This document shows positions 36,504 to 48,767 of a stretch of DNA of 64,000 bases, in pieces. The DNA is from Apostichopus japonicus. Taxonomy: Eukaryota. A model generated the notes under the pieces. It did not search any database and was not told where the DNA came from. It worked only from the letters and a program-made list of their open reading frames with translations. The stretch lies in assembly GCF_037975245.1 (NCBI RefSeq), contig NC_092575.1:8205331-8269330 (forward strand). Direction: 5' to 3'. The first letter of the stretch is position 1; the number at the start of each line of letters is the position of its first letter. A program made the translations under genes and the position numbers.

Positions 36504-37527
36504 GTAAGTATAATAAAGCACTTAACAAGGTAAATCAATGTCAATGATGTGTTGTCATAGGCACTAAAGTACATAGAGTTGTAACTAGTTTAAACTATCA
36601 TTGCACAGACATTTTGGGTTTTAAACAAGTTTGGACAATTTTATGTCCATCTGCTAATGATGTTTTAAACACTCAACATTGATCTAAATAGTGTTGATGA
36701 GATTACTGCCAGCAACTCGATGCATAATCCAGTTATTATGTGTACCTGTCAGAATAATCTTATAATCATATAACTACAAGGATAAATAGTGCATGTGGTT
36801 ATGCTTGGACATTGTCAATATCTAATATATTTTTTGATTGACTTCACTCTTGGCTGGAATGTTCTTGACAGAGAGGGGGAGGGAGTGAGGGGTGTCTCAC
36901 CCTCCCCAATAATTAGCTTGAAACTTCAATAGTTCGAAAATCGGTGGTCAAAACAATGACGGTTGGAAAAGTTTATCTATGCAACATCAATAATTTAAGC
37001 TGATCACACTCTTGACAAGATAATACTGAGTCGAATATCTAACTCTTTGTACAACCCATAGTAACGTTGAAAATACTTCAAACTAACTTTAAAATTGTCC
37101 GATTATGGCCAATTGGCATTCAATTTAGCATCTTAGTATTCCCAGTATAGCATATTTAAGGTACAAAGAATTGACAACCCACATGTGTTATGCTGCTGAA
37201 AATGTCAAACTTGTGGTATGGCAAAGTACGAATTGATGGCCAATTACAAATCCACCCAGTTGGAATATTAGGATACTACACCCCTCCACACCCCCCCCCC
37301 CCCACCCCCCTCAACCCAAGCACACAAGACCTGGGCCCTCTTTGATGCTGTTCATTGCATAAAGTGTTCATTCCTTTCTTACTGTGTACCCTTTAAATAA
37401 ATTGTTCAATATTAAAAATAGGTTTAGAAGAGAATTTTGAAATTAGGGAAGCATTACAAAACAAATTACTTTCCCAGCCAATGTGTTTGTTCACTTAAAT
37501 AGTTGCAAGCAAAATTGTATGATCATG

Positions 37528-37830
37528 GCTGTAGTAGTAGTAGTAGTAGTAGTAGTAATAGGCACAATGCTGGCCCTGGAAAACAGGTCAGTTAAATGCA
37601 AACACAGAACATGTCCCAGATACTGGCCCTGGAAAATAGGTCAGTTAAATGCAGTCACAGAACATGTCCCAGATACTGGCCCTGGAAAACAGGTCAGTTA
37701 AATGCAGTCACAGAACATGTCCCAGATACTGGCCCTGGAAAATAGGCCAGTTAAATGCAGTCACAGAACATGTCCCAGATACTGGCCCTGGAAAACAGGT
37801 CAGTTAAATGCAATCACAGAACATATGCCA
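37528..37830. repeat. (TAG)9 microsatellite followed by a 61-bp tandem repeat of about 4 units, in MVP intron 9
   Basis: gtagtagtagtagtagtagtagtagtaa, then ctggccctggaaaa(c/t)aggtcagttaaatgca.(a/t)cacagaacatgtcccagata repeated head to tail. Confidence 0.7.
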
Positions 37831-38059
37831 TGGGCTTCTAGACATGGTTCATAGCTTGAAGCATCTCTTCATGGAAGTGAGTGATTAAGGCTTCATTTTT
37901 TTACATCTATGGTTGTAGCATGGTATCATTGTATGGCTTTAGTGAAGTATTACTAACCCATGTGAAATGTAACCTTTGGAAATGAGTCAGAAGGTAATGG
38001 TCTTGGTGACTTCTGTGCATTGTTCAATTCTGGTTTCTTTTACGTTCATTAATTTTTAG

Positions 38060-38201
38060 GCATTTTGACATTAAGAAGAAGGATGATGAAGCAGGCACCA
38101 AACTCTTCAGTGTTCCTGATTTCATCGGTGATGCTTGTAAAGCCATCGCCTCTCGCATCAGAGGAGCTGTAGCTGGAGTTCAGTTTGATGACTTTCACAA
38201 G
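38060..38201 (+). CDS. MVP: MVP coding exon 10 ([48 protein letters not shown])
   Basis: Acceptor taatttttag|g, donor cacaag|gtttgt. Matches human [48 protein letters not shown]. Confidence 0.93.
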
Positions 38202-38830
38202 GTTTGTTCAATGTAGGATTCTGGGCAAGAAGGAATGCTGCATTCATACAAAGCAATCCTCAAGTTTTACAAAATAGTGGAAAAAGAAGACTCTAGGATT
38301 TCATAATGTTAATAATGAAGTTCAGCCAATAATATTTAATTTAACTTTAGTTTCATAATATTGAGAACTACAAGAAATTGAAAACTGTAATATGATGGCT
38401 AGATTTCCTCAGCACCGATCTTTACTTTAGATTTAGTTCATATACCAATATTGATGATTGAAAAGAAAATGTAGAATTCTTCAGTTTCTCATAGTTGGTA
38501 TATGGATTTAGTCTAAAGTAAAGATCTTTGCTACTTCAGCAAAATAGGTTAAATTTACAAGAGTCCTCCTTGATCATGAAATATATGACCACTGCAGTCA
38601 GTCCTAAGCAGCATGTAAGGATCATTAAGTATTGTCAACATCATCGTAGCAAACTAAGTAAGTCAATCTTACTTCGTCAGTGTCATAACTATTTCCTCAG
38701 TAGTAGTCATTCTTCATTGCTGCCCCCTTTTTTTATTTGTAAGCAACTTTGTTACCACCGTCACATCAGTCATAATATGATCTAAATTTTACCATCAACA
38801 ACATTACACACATATTCTCCCATTCTGTAG

Positions 38831-39042
38831 AATTCTGCCAAGATTATAAGGGCCTCTGTCTTTGGATTTGATGACAAGAAGAAGGTCCGGGAGAGTTTCT
38901 CATTCCCTCAGAACTTGCTGGTGATAACTAGCGTTGATATCCAGTCTGTTGAACCGGTGGACCAGAGGACCAGGGATTCTTTGATGAAATCTGTGCAGTT
39001 GGCCATTGAAATCACCACCAACTCTCAGGAAGCTGCTGCTAG
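38831..39042 (+). CDS. MVP: MVP coding exon 11 ([70 protein letters not shown] + 2 nt)
   Basis: Acceptor attctgtag|aa, donor gctag|gtgaga. Matches human NSARIIRTAVFGFE...[48 protein letters not shown]. Confidence 0.93.
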
Positions 39043-39350
39043 GTGAGAGGAAACACAGGATGGGAGGGTATGGGGTTGAAAGAGGAGGAGGTGAATGGGT
39101 TATAGCTTATCTCTGTTTCATTATCTCTATGTCATGTTGAATTCTTGTTACTATGTTTTAGACTGCATTCTGTGTGATGGTTTGTAATTCTTACAGGTGC
39201 TTTTATTTTGTGTAGCTGTTAAGTTGTGATTACATTGATAGGGCATTAACTACTCTCTGGAATGGTAGTAAATGAGTTTATCGTTTTCGTTTAAGAGATT
39301 TTCCTTACAAAACACATCTCAATTGCATTAATTTGATGTTGCTCTGACAG

Positions 39351-39594
39351 GCATGAAGCAGAACGCCTGGAACAAGAGGCCAAAGGTCGTCTGGAGCGTC
39401 AGAAGATTGTCGATGAGGCAGAAGCCGAGAAGGCTCGCAAGGAACTCCTGGAACTGCAGGCTTACAGTGCTGCTGTTGAGAGCACAGGTCAAGCCAAGGC
39501 TGAGGCCCAGTCTCGAGCAGAAGCCCAGAAAATTGACGGAGAGGCTGCCGTGGAGCAAGCTCGACTCAAGTCAGAGGCAGCAAAAATTGAAGCA
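39351..39594 (+). CDS. MVP: MVP coding exon 12 ([82 protein letters not shown])
   Basis: Acceptor gctctgacag|gc, donor gaagca|gtgagt. Matches human [66 protein letters not shown]. Confidence 0.92.
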
Positions 39595-40202
39595 GTGAGT
39601 TTATCTGTCATACTCAGAAGTGACTTCGCATCGACCTGTTATTAAGATGAAGTCCTTACAATGAATTATAACTGTTTATATTTAGCATGAACATTGCACA
39701 AAATATGTCAGTTTCTCACATTTCTATCAGCGCAGAGGATTAACAAATTTGTAATTTGTTTCAGAAGTGTCTTACCTCTCCAAACAGATCTCAGAAATTA
39801 GAGTAAGGCTACAGCTTTGGTAGTAGCTAACCTTCTTTTTGTTTAAACACATTATGCAAAGATATGAGGCAGGTCACCAAACATGGTTGAATAAGTATTC
39901 TAATATTTCATTGAGAGAAAATAATGAAAAAGGTATGTATCTGTTCAACCCAGATAAGAATTACGACGGAATATTGACAATTCTTAGAATTCAGTCTCCA
40001 TATCTTGAACCGTTTATGATTGAAATAATTCCATTAGGTTCATTTGTTCTGTCTTTTTAAGCTATACCAGCAGGTATAAATAGAAATTGCTTTGGATTGA
40101 GTGTTCTGGGATCAATGGGAAACAAACATGGTATTTCTCCAAAGTAGCTTAATATTACAAGGGTTCATACATTTTGAAAGGGTTCATTTTCTTTGACTTC
40201 AG

Positions 40203-40391
40203 GAGTCAGAGTTGGAACGGCTTACCAGAGCTAGAGAAGCTGAAATCAAATACATCAAGGATCAAAATGAGCTTGAAATAAGCAAGTCCAAGCAGCTGGC
40301 TGAAATTGAAACAGAGAAGTTTAAGAACACAGTGGCAGCAATTGGCTCGGATACCATCAGATCTATTGCAGTAGCTGGACCAGAGATGCAG
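40203..40391 (+). CDS. MVP: MVP coding exon 13 ([63 protein letters not shown])
   Basis: Acceptor ctttgacttcag|ga. The first donor is gatgcag|gtaaga at 40392. Matches human ...[37 protein letters not shown]. The donor is reiterated about 17 times in the downstream minisatellite. Confidence 0.88.
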
Positions 40392-41090
40392 GTAAGAGAC
40401 AAATGTGTGTTGGGTGGACCAGAGATGCAGGTAAGAGACAAATGTGTGTTGGGTGGACCAGAGATGCAGGTAAGAGACAAATGTGTGTTGGGTGGACCAG
40501 AGGGATTCAGGTAAGAGACAAATGTGTGTTGGGTGGACCAGAGATGCAGGTAAGAGACAAATGTGTGTTGGGTGGACCAGAGATGCAGGTAAGAGACAAA
40601 TGTGTGTTGGGTGGACTAGAGATGCAGGTAAGAGACAAATGTATGTTGGGTGGACCAGAGATGCAGGTAAGAGGCAAATGTGTGTTGGGTGGACCAGAGA
40701 TGCAGGTAAGAGACAAATGTGTGTTGGGTGGACCAGAGATGCAGGTAAGAGACAAATGTGTGTTGGGTGGACCAGAGGGATTCAGGTAAGAGACAAATGT
40801 GTGTTGGGTGGACCAGAGATGCAGGTAAGAGACAAATGTGTGTTGGGTGGACCAGAGATGCAGGTAAGAGACAAATGTGTGTTGGGTGGACTAGAGATGC
40901 AGGTAAGAGACAAATGTATGTTGGGTGGACCAGAGATGCAGGTAAGAGGCAAATGTGTGTTGGGTGGACCAGAGATGCAGGTAAGAGGCAAATGTGTGTT
41001 GGGTGGACCAGAGATGCAGGTAAGAGACAAATGTGTGTTGGGTGGACTAGAGATGCAGGTAAGAGGCAAATGTATGTTGGGTGTTTACAA
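40392..41090 (+). repeat. Minisatellite of about 17.7 units of 39/40 bp (gtaagagacaaatgtgtgttgggtggaccagagatgcag). Each unit duplicates the last 15 nt of MVP exon 13 plus the GTAAGA 5' splice site. It is organised into a roughly 275-bp higher-order repeat.
   Basis: Units 1 and 2 are exact 39-mers and are in frame. Variant units (ggaccagagggattcag 40-mers at 40502-40510 and 40777-40785; ggactagag; aaatgtatg; gtaagaggc) recur with a period of about 275 bp. The array occupies more than half of intron 13. Confidence 0.9.
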
Positions 41091-41670
41091 GTTTAAGGAT
41101 AAGTTGGTGTTGTGTGTAGATATGCAGATGAGATAGACAGGTAAACTTATGTGTGTTTATTGTACACGATACAACTTAAGGAAATGGTGGTACCAAATGG
41201 TGCTGTTTAGTAGAAAACAATTAACAAACATGGTGGCAGCAATAAGATCTGACACCTTCAGATGGTGGCAGCAAGTGGTGCTGACACCATCCAATTGATC
41301 ACAGTGGCAAGATTTGCAATTGTGAATAGGTTGCTTTTGTACTGCTCAAAGGTTGCAAATGCTAAAATGGGATACCTGAAACAAGATGGAAGTGTTCCTT
41401 GCTATTGTTTTGTAACTGTTTGTGTTTTATTGTATGTTGGTGATCGCTTGAAGATTGTTTGTGTTGTATAGGGAATGAATGATAAAGGTAACACTTCCTA
41501 ATGTCTTAGAAGGGAATGTTGACCTAACTGATGAGACCCTAACAATCAAATCACATGCAGGTAATGCTTCCATATCAAGACTGTCCATTAATGATTGGTT
41601 TGGTTTTTAGCATGAGTGTCAGCTTTGGTTCTGGTGAGTTCCTAACCTTAACTCGGTTTTTTTTTGTCAG

Positions 41671-41832
41671 GCTAAACTGCTTCAGTCACTTGGTATTCAG
41701 TCAACCCTGATTACTGATGGCACCAGTCCTATCAACTTGTTCAATACAGCTAATGGTTTGCTCGGGGCCTTGGAACCTCCGAAGAAACGATCTAAAGGTC
41801 ATAAAGACGATGACTCCAGCGATGATGAATAG
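41671..41832 (+). CDS. MVP: MVP terminal coding exon ([53 protein letters not shown])
   Basis: Acceptor cggttttttttttgtcag|gc. Matches human [35 protein letters not shown] stop at 41830-41832. A possible ATTAAA polyA signal lies near 42008. Confidence 0.92.
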   Translation, partial: AKLLQSLGIQSTLITDGTSPINLFNTANGLLGALEPPKKRSKGHKDDDSSDDE

Positions 41833-43439
41833 GTTGGGTGTTTGGAGTAGTTTCTTTACATTCGTCTTTCGCTTAAATAGATAGTACAACATTTCTAGCA
41901 GTGTTAGCTATCAGGATATAATTTTGTTAAATGTCATAAGAAGATGTCATGCTAGAATATTCAGAAGTGGTTAATTCATTACTGCATTTAGACCTACTTC
42001 ATTATATTAAAAAACAGAAATCTTCTCATATTCTCTTTTGTTTTGGTGTCCTTGAAAAGGTAAGATTATTTTACAATTTAAAAGTATATTTAGTATGCAA
42101 AACCAGAATAATGTTCAAAGTATATCCCAGAAGGGAAAACATTCATTTAGAGGTTGCTCCTTAACAAGTTTGCATGAACACAAGTTTGCATGAACCATAG
42201 TTAAACTCATCAACAATATATTAAACTAGTACCTTATAGGTCAGAAATGCAATAATGTACAATATAAAGTGGACTAGCAGATTCAGGGCATGGTACATCG
42301 GTCATATTCAAGTGTAACAAGAAGGGATGCACCAATGGACGGTCATAGAAAATTAGATAATTCAAAGCATGTTTTTGCAAATGAAAATCTTGGGGCATTT
42401 CTTTCAAATTTATTTGTATTTCTAATAACAGTAAAGTATGTAAAAGTCTATGGTAATGGTAGTTTGTAGATTGCATCTGTTAGTAAGAATGTAACATTGG
42501 AGTCTCAGTTTGGCTTGGGGAGAGGATAAATGCAGGTGGATGAATTAGGTGAGGGAGTGGTAGCTTATCGAAGGGCAGGTTTCTTGTTAAATCCACCATG
42601 TCATGTGTTCCCATAAACTGTCTTGTGTTCTCATAAACTGTCTTGTGTTCCCATAAACTGTCTTGTGTCCCCATAAACTGTCATACATTTGAGACATGTA
42701 TGGTAATCTTTTAGCCAAGAATCATGTAGCTCATGTAATCAAAGCAACCATTTTAAAACATGGTCTCCATTAACTGTTAACTCTAGTATTCAGTATATCA
42801 AGGTAGCTGTGACTTATTTTACAGCTTTGTTATAATGAATGCTGTTCAAGTAAGCTATTAATGTTCATATACACAGAGTGTTTGTGTTATTAATTCAGTA
42901 TAGGCCAATATAGGATGTCTGCATTACACAGAAGTCAAAAGGCAGCCTTTGAGCAATTAAAGTGTCTTACTACAGGCTAGAGGCCTGTCTTGCTACTCTT
43001 ACATATACTTTAATCTATACAATGTTAATACTGTCAACCTTGTATTATATGCAAACCATCATATTTTAATTCATAAAACTTTACAGAGTTGAAGGTTGGC
43101 CAACGAATGATTTTGCTTTTCTATTAATCAATGAACAAACAAGTTTTCAGGACTATTCAATCATGTAGAGGTATTAAATCAAATGAATGATTGTAGGTCT
43201 TCACCAAGTTCAATAATCCTAAGGAAAAGGGAGAGACCTTGCATCTATACAATTTATAGTCTATTTTCTTCATAGAAGTTAAGAAGTCTCTATGTTAGTT
43301 GATGCTAGTTATTGCATTAAAATTCTTGTAGTATACTAATGTTTGTTGTCTGTTTTTAATCTACTTTGTCTACCTCTTTAGGTTCTTTCAGTTGGAAATT
43401 AGAAAAGATAAGTTATTGTATTCAGGTTACAAGCGCTTG

Positions 43440-43560
43440 AATTCTCTAGTCACTTAGATTACTATGTACAGCACATACTACATACAGTTTACTACATTCA
43501 GCACATACTACATACAGATTACTACATACAGCACATACTACATACAGATTACTACATACA
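43440..43560. repeat. Tandem repeat of about 30 bp, 3-4 units (tactacatacagcacatactacatacagat)
   Basis: Direct consecutive units in the MVP 3' flank. Confidence 0.6.
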
Positions 43561-43679
43561 GCATTTATCAGAGGTAACCAGAGTGAGGACCCTCCAATGG
43601 TTACTTGCCTTACAAGAAATTCTAATAGCGACCCCAATTTTCACCTTTATCATCTTGGCAAACCTCCAGTGGTGGATGT

Positions 43680-43810
43680 TATGGCCTGGGAAAGGGGTAT
43701 ACAGACAGGAGTCCCCCAACCTTTGGCCAGGGGAAGGGGTATGCAGACAGGAAGTACCCCCAACCTTTGGCCTGGGGAAGGGGTATGCAGACAGGAAGTA
43801 CCCCCAAGCT
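43680..43810. repeat. Tandem repeat of about 39-40 bp, 3 units (ggggaaggggtatgcagacaggaagtacccccaacctttggcc)
   Basis: Three near-identical consecutive units. Confidence 0.6.
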
Positions 43811-46800
43811 TTGTGTTTTTTCATCCACACTTCGGGTACATTCAGGGTACTATTTATGCACTGAAGCTAACTGTACAAGAGTGCTGGTATTTTACGGTCC
43901 TTTAGTTGCTCTGACTCCCACACCAAGAAAAAAACAACCACCCACCCAACACAACCACCCTTTATATTCACATCCCCATGGTTCACAAGTTGCCGTATTG
44001 TTTGATCGATTAGTTACCACTAATTGAAATTATTAGTTTGTTCCATGGGGTAATATTAAACAGAAGATTACCACTTCGTTTCAATCTTTATAAACAAAAT
44101 AACAGTAAAAAAAAAAACAAAGGCATTTTTATGTTTTATCATTATTGACAGTATAGTGATAAATTCTATTCCAATCAAAAAGCAATAATTTTTGCAAGCA
44201 TTTTCAAAGAAATAAAAAGAAAGGAACTTGCCTTTTTTCTTCAATATAGTTTTTATAAAGGCTGGATTTCTTGCAAAGAGACAATAAACTTTGGAAGTTG
44301 TTTCACTGAATACAAGAAACAGAATTCATGTAAAAATTTGAGAGAAAAAATGAATATTAAATTTGCTTCGTATCTAAATTCATTTTTGTATCAAACAATT
44401 TCAAAGGAAGTAGAACACACTTTAACTTCTGAGCATTTTTGGGTTCAAACACTTGCAAGAAACTGACCACAAAAACTTGAATTTGGTTGATATCAATCAA
44501 ATGTTAACAGAGAAGACCAATGCTTGTAATTTGCACTGAGGCTTGCAAATTGTTGGCTTATGTATCTGGCAAATAAAATGGGGCAGTATTCTTAAATCGC
44601 ACTTTACCATACCTAAATGAAAGTCGTATGACATGCTAACTTTTAACATAAAATCATAATTAAAAATGAATGTGCACCTCTGTTCAGATAACATCACTTG
44701 TAAAGATTTGCTGTATCAAGAGTCACATAGGAAATCAAAACTTTTTTTTTACAATTTTAATGTCATAGTAACACAAACATGTAAATATCAGTAAACACCA
44801 TAATTTGCAGGATAGAGCTGATACCCAAGAATCTGTGACGAGACATTACACAACAAGCTTATCCATTAAGATGAACAAAATTTTACATTTCACGCAACAG
44901 AACAAGCTACAAAGATGTATTATATATTCCCTGGGAGTGGTTTGCTATCCAGAGCACATACATGTTCCCACTGTAAACAAATTAAATCAGAACGGAAGCA
45001 GAACACCACTAAATTGTTGGCCAACAGCTTCAAAGCCAAACCTAGCATATTAACATCTATACATACAAACCACAGTTTAGGTATCTTTCTGTTGGAAAAA
45101 TACTTTGCTTAAGTATTTCAATTCTCATATCTGGGGATTCATTTTCCTTGTTTTTCCCTGTTTTTCTTAAAAACAATGCATACTCAAATTACAACTGAGT
45201 TCTCATGTTTATCAGTTAAGAGATATTCACATTACAAGGATATTCAGGGCATGCTGTTTGACTAAGCTACTTTCAATAGTTTGTTCTTTTACAATATTCT
45301 TTTAATAGCAATTTATAGGTGCATTTAGAGAGCTGCTCAATCTGAATACTGCATAAACTGAATTACACGAGCAGAAGAACCACAATTCACATGAGGAAAG
45401 CAGGTATCAAATTGCCAAAAAACTTGATCAAAACATATTCTCCAATGTAACTGTGCATTGCAACCCATCATACAGCTACTGGCCTTCTACATAGAGTCTG
45501 TGTATTACTATGATTAACACAATATTTCAGATTCTCTTCATTGATGGTATGCCTATCCAGTGACATCATATAACAACAAATCATAATTGATATCCATCCT
45601 TCTGCTGAGATCATTTTGTGTACCACCATCAGACCAATATCAATGGCCTCCCTGGCTACAATTGTTAGCCATTGTGATGTAACACTATCTTTCAAAATGC
45701 AACAGTTTGTGGTTGCACCATTGCAACATACTGAAGACTGGGGCATGAAGGATTGTTATAATGCTGTTTATGTTTATTACAGAACACATATTGGGGTTAT
45801 TAAAGAAATAGTAAGTTTCAATACATTGATCTACAACAGACAGGGTTATGCATAGGCTGAATGTAACACCTGCTCATCCAACAACAAATTACCCTGCTTG
45901 TAAAAAAAAAAAAATTAAGAAAAATAACAAAGGCAATGATTCAAACCAAATTACCACAAAACTAAAACAGAAAACTACTTGAAATAAGATGGGAAACGGG
46001 TCTACTTAATAGATATCAAATTGTTATTGCCAGCACCTGCTATGCTTGAAGATGGGATATCAACAACCTTCCAAATGTTAATACAAAGCTTGCTAAAAGA
46101 AGTGAAAGTAACGCTGTATATATTGCCTGCTGCCGGTAGAGATAATATTGGCAGAGGTAGGTAATTTACCATCAATAACTCATCACATAGAACTGTAATA
46201 AACTAACTATGGGATTGCCTTGAACCCAACGTTTGTACTGTATGGTACAAGATAAGACCATTAAATGTGCTTGTGATATCAAACTAGCACTCTTCACTAT
46301 GGTATTCCTTTAAAAGCAATCATGCCAGGAATTCAATTCACCTCATCACACCTAAGACATTTATTTTTAGTTAAAACTTCTCACAGGACTGATTTTAAGA
46401 AGTGAAGGCACCATTTCATCTCAATTATCTCCCAAAACTGACAAAAATAATCTTACCATCGCATCAACTGTCTGAAATCATAATCACTCTACGAAAAAAG
46501 GAAGCTTTAGAATGAGTAGAATAAGTCAAATTTACTTTAAAATGTTTCCTAAAAAAACACCACAAACTATTTTCATCGCAACAAGGACTTGAAATGTTTT
46601 ATTTAGGTTGCATTTCTGGAAAGCTTGAGAGGTTTGTCACTCACATAAAAGCATATACCAGTACATTGAATTTAAAATGATGCAATCTGCAAAATCTAAT
46701 ATTTACTGCCATTCTGGATTTTGTCTGCTTAATATAGCGTCGAATGTAGGTCTAACAGTTCAGCTGACGTATCTATACAGCTTGGAAACATACTGAATTG

Positions 46801-47399
46801 TCATTTTGAATATGTTTGGATATGTGCACAAATGTGGACATGTACACATTCAATAATGTACACCTTGTCCATCCAAGTTATGTTATCAATTTCAGATTCC
46901 AAATTTATAGCAACAATCTGTCTCATCTCCTTAAGTATCATTAACTTCATGAATTGTCATCATAGGCAGAGTTTTATGACCTTCAAGGTTCATAAATAGT
47001 ATTACACAAAAATAGATTGTAAGTTATGAGTGATTACATATTGAATGCAAATCATCTTCTCAGATTTGCTATTCAAATCCCACCTTTTGGGGAAATCTTG
47101 AGTAAAATGTCTGTGACTTGTTAGCTTCTTAAAGAAATGAATCTTGTGCAATCAAATTGCTAGACACTAGTTATATATTGGAGTTTCTGAATCTGGAAAC
47201 TCTTTGTGAATAATTTAAACTAACTGATCATCAGACCTGTACAATGATTCAGCCATCTTTTTGCAATATTTGATGTTCAGAGTTAAAGCACCATCTAAAA
47301 TTTCCTCCCAAGAAAATAGCAAGCAAATTGAGAAGGGTACGAAATTTGTTTGATAGAAACTCTAATAACACCAAGAACCCAATGTAGAGCTTCAAGTTT

Positions 47400-47945
47400 A
47401 CTCAAATATTACAAAATTCACCAAAGAGATATCACCCTTGAGAGCATTAATGAGAGTATGATCGACACTGAGTAGGTTAAGATAGAATAAGTTATTTTTA
47501 GCATCATCTTTCAGATCATTAATGAGAGTGTGATGGACACTGAGTAGGCTTGGTGAATTAAGATAGAATAATTAATACTAGCATCATCTTTTACATCATT
47601 AGTGAGAGTATGATGGACACTGAGTAGGTTAAAATAGAATAATTAATGCTAGCATCATCTTTCAGAGCATTAATGAGAGTATGATGGACACTGAATTGGC
47701 TTGGTTTTAATTAAGATAGAATAAGTTATTCTAGCATCATCTTTCAAATCATTAGTGAGAGTATGATGGACACTGAGTAGGTTAAAATAGAATAAGTTAT
47801 TCTAGCATCATCTTTCAGAGCATTAATGAGAGTATGATGGACACTGATTACTCTTGGTTTTAATTAAGATAGAATAAGTTATTCTAGCATCATCCTTCAG
47901 ATCATTAATGAGAATATGATGGACACAGAGTAGGCTTGGTGAATT
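47400..47945. repeat. Tandem repeat of about 90 bp, roughly 6 units (catcatctttcagatcattaatgagagtatgatggacactgagtaggcttggt.aattaagatagaataagttattctag)
   Basis: Six consecutive alignable units lie in the convergent intergenic region between MVP and the minus-strand gene. Confidence 0.7.
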
Positions 47946-48702
47946 TTTCAAGCAGGGATAAATTGATTTACACACATAAACATATGTTCAGAGACAATGC
48001 TCAACTAAGCAGTGAAAGGGAGGCCATATACCTACTGATAAATATTACTTTACCAGAACTCCTATTGATTACATATCATACTGAAACTTACTGAAGTGTC
48101 ATGAAGAATTAGCATATTAATTTCACATTTTTCATATTGCTTTGACTTGAAGAAGTGTAAGCATATTGTGTGCGATAAACAAACATATTGCTTTGATATT
48201 AGATATGTAATCTGAACACAAACCTCACCAAGCATCAGTATGCATAGAACAGTAGGTTTACATTGCAGATAATTGTACTTCTACATTCATACTAGTAAGG
48301 AATCAATACTGACATATGCAGAGCCATACACATCTGAACAGTGTACAATTCATACACTAGATAATGGTACTGCAATGAATTGATCCATCAGTAGCACCAC
48401 CTTTTAAGGTCTTACAAACACCATGTATTAAAGGTTTCATTGTGTCAATGAGGGTAGGGTACATTAATTTGAAAGACAAGATTAAAGCCAAAACTTAACA
48501 ACTTCCACATAGTTTCAAAAAAAAATGTTTGTAGCAAGTTTAAACCAATAAAAAAAAAAAATGTTGTTATAAGCCTTGAAAATAAAAACAAACTGTTGAA
48601 TGGTAATCAAACCTTGATAACCGAGCAATAGCAATTAAACTGACTCTACGTTGAAAAAGCAAAATGAGATTAAGAATGAATCAAAGCAGTCATGGAGGTG
48701 GT

Positions 48703-48767
48703 TCATTCAGAGACAATGAAGACACTGTCTGGGTCATCCTGACTTTGCTTCATAGTGGCTTCCCAAT
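48703..48767 (-). CDS. Candidate terminal coding exon of a minus-strand low-complexity protein gene (..DWEATMKQSQDDPDSVFIVSE*)
   Basis: Minus-strand acceptor tttgtctttcag|at. It starts with 2 nt, which complete the phase-1 end of the exon at 49507. The open frame runs to TGA (+48703-48705). The call rests on phase consistency only. Confidence 0.35.

Noticed and set aside
40392-41090. A regular 39-bp direct-repeat array, superficially reminiscent of a CRISPR array
   Set aside because: Units are contiguous with no unique spacers. The locus is eukaryotic, intronic and derived from the adjacent exon and splice site.
40262-41136. Overlapping ORFs on both strands across the 39-bp array (repetitive peptides such as [13 protein letters not shown]... 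and [13 protein letters not shown]...)
   Set aside because: They are artefacts of translating a perfect tandem repeat. The periodic peptide simply mirrors the 39-nt unit and carries no independent coding signal.
42005-42030. MVP polyadenylation site
   Set aside because: Only a non-canonical ATTAAA-type hexamer about 175 nt past the stop was seen and no canonical AATAAA. This was noted under the exon 14 feature rather than called as its own feature.
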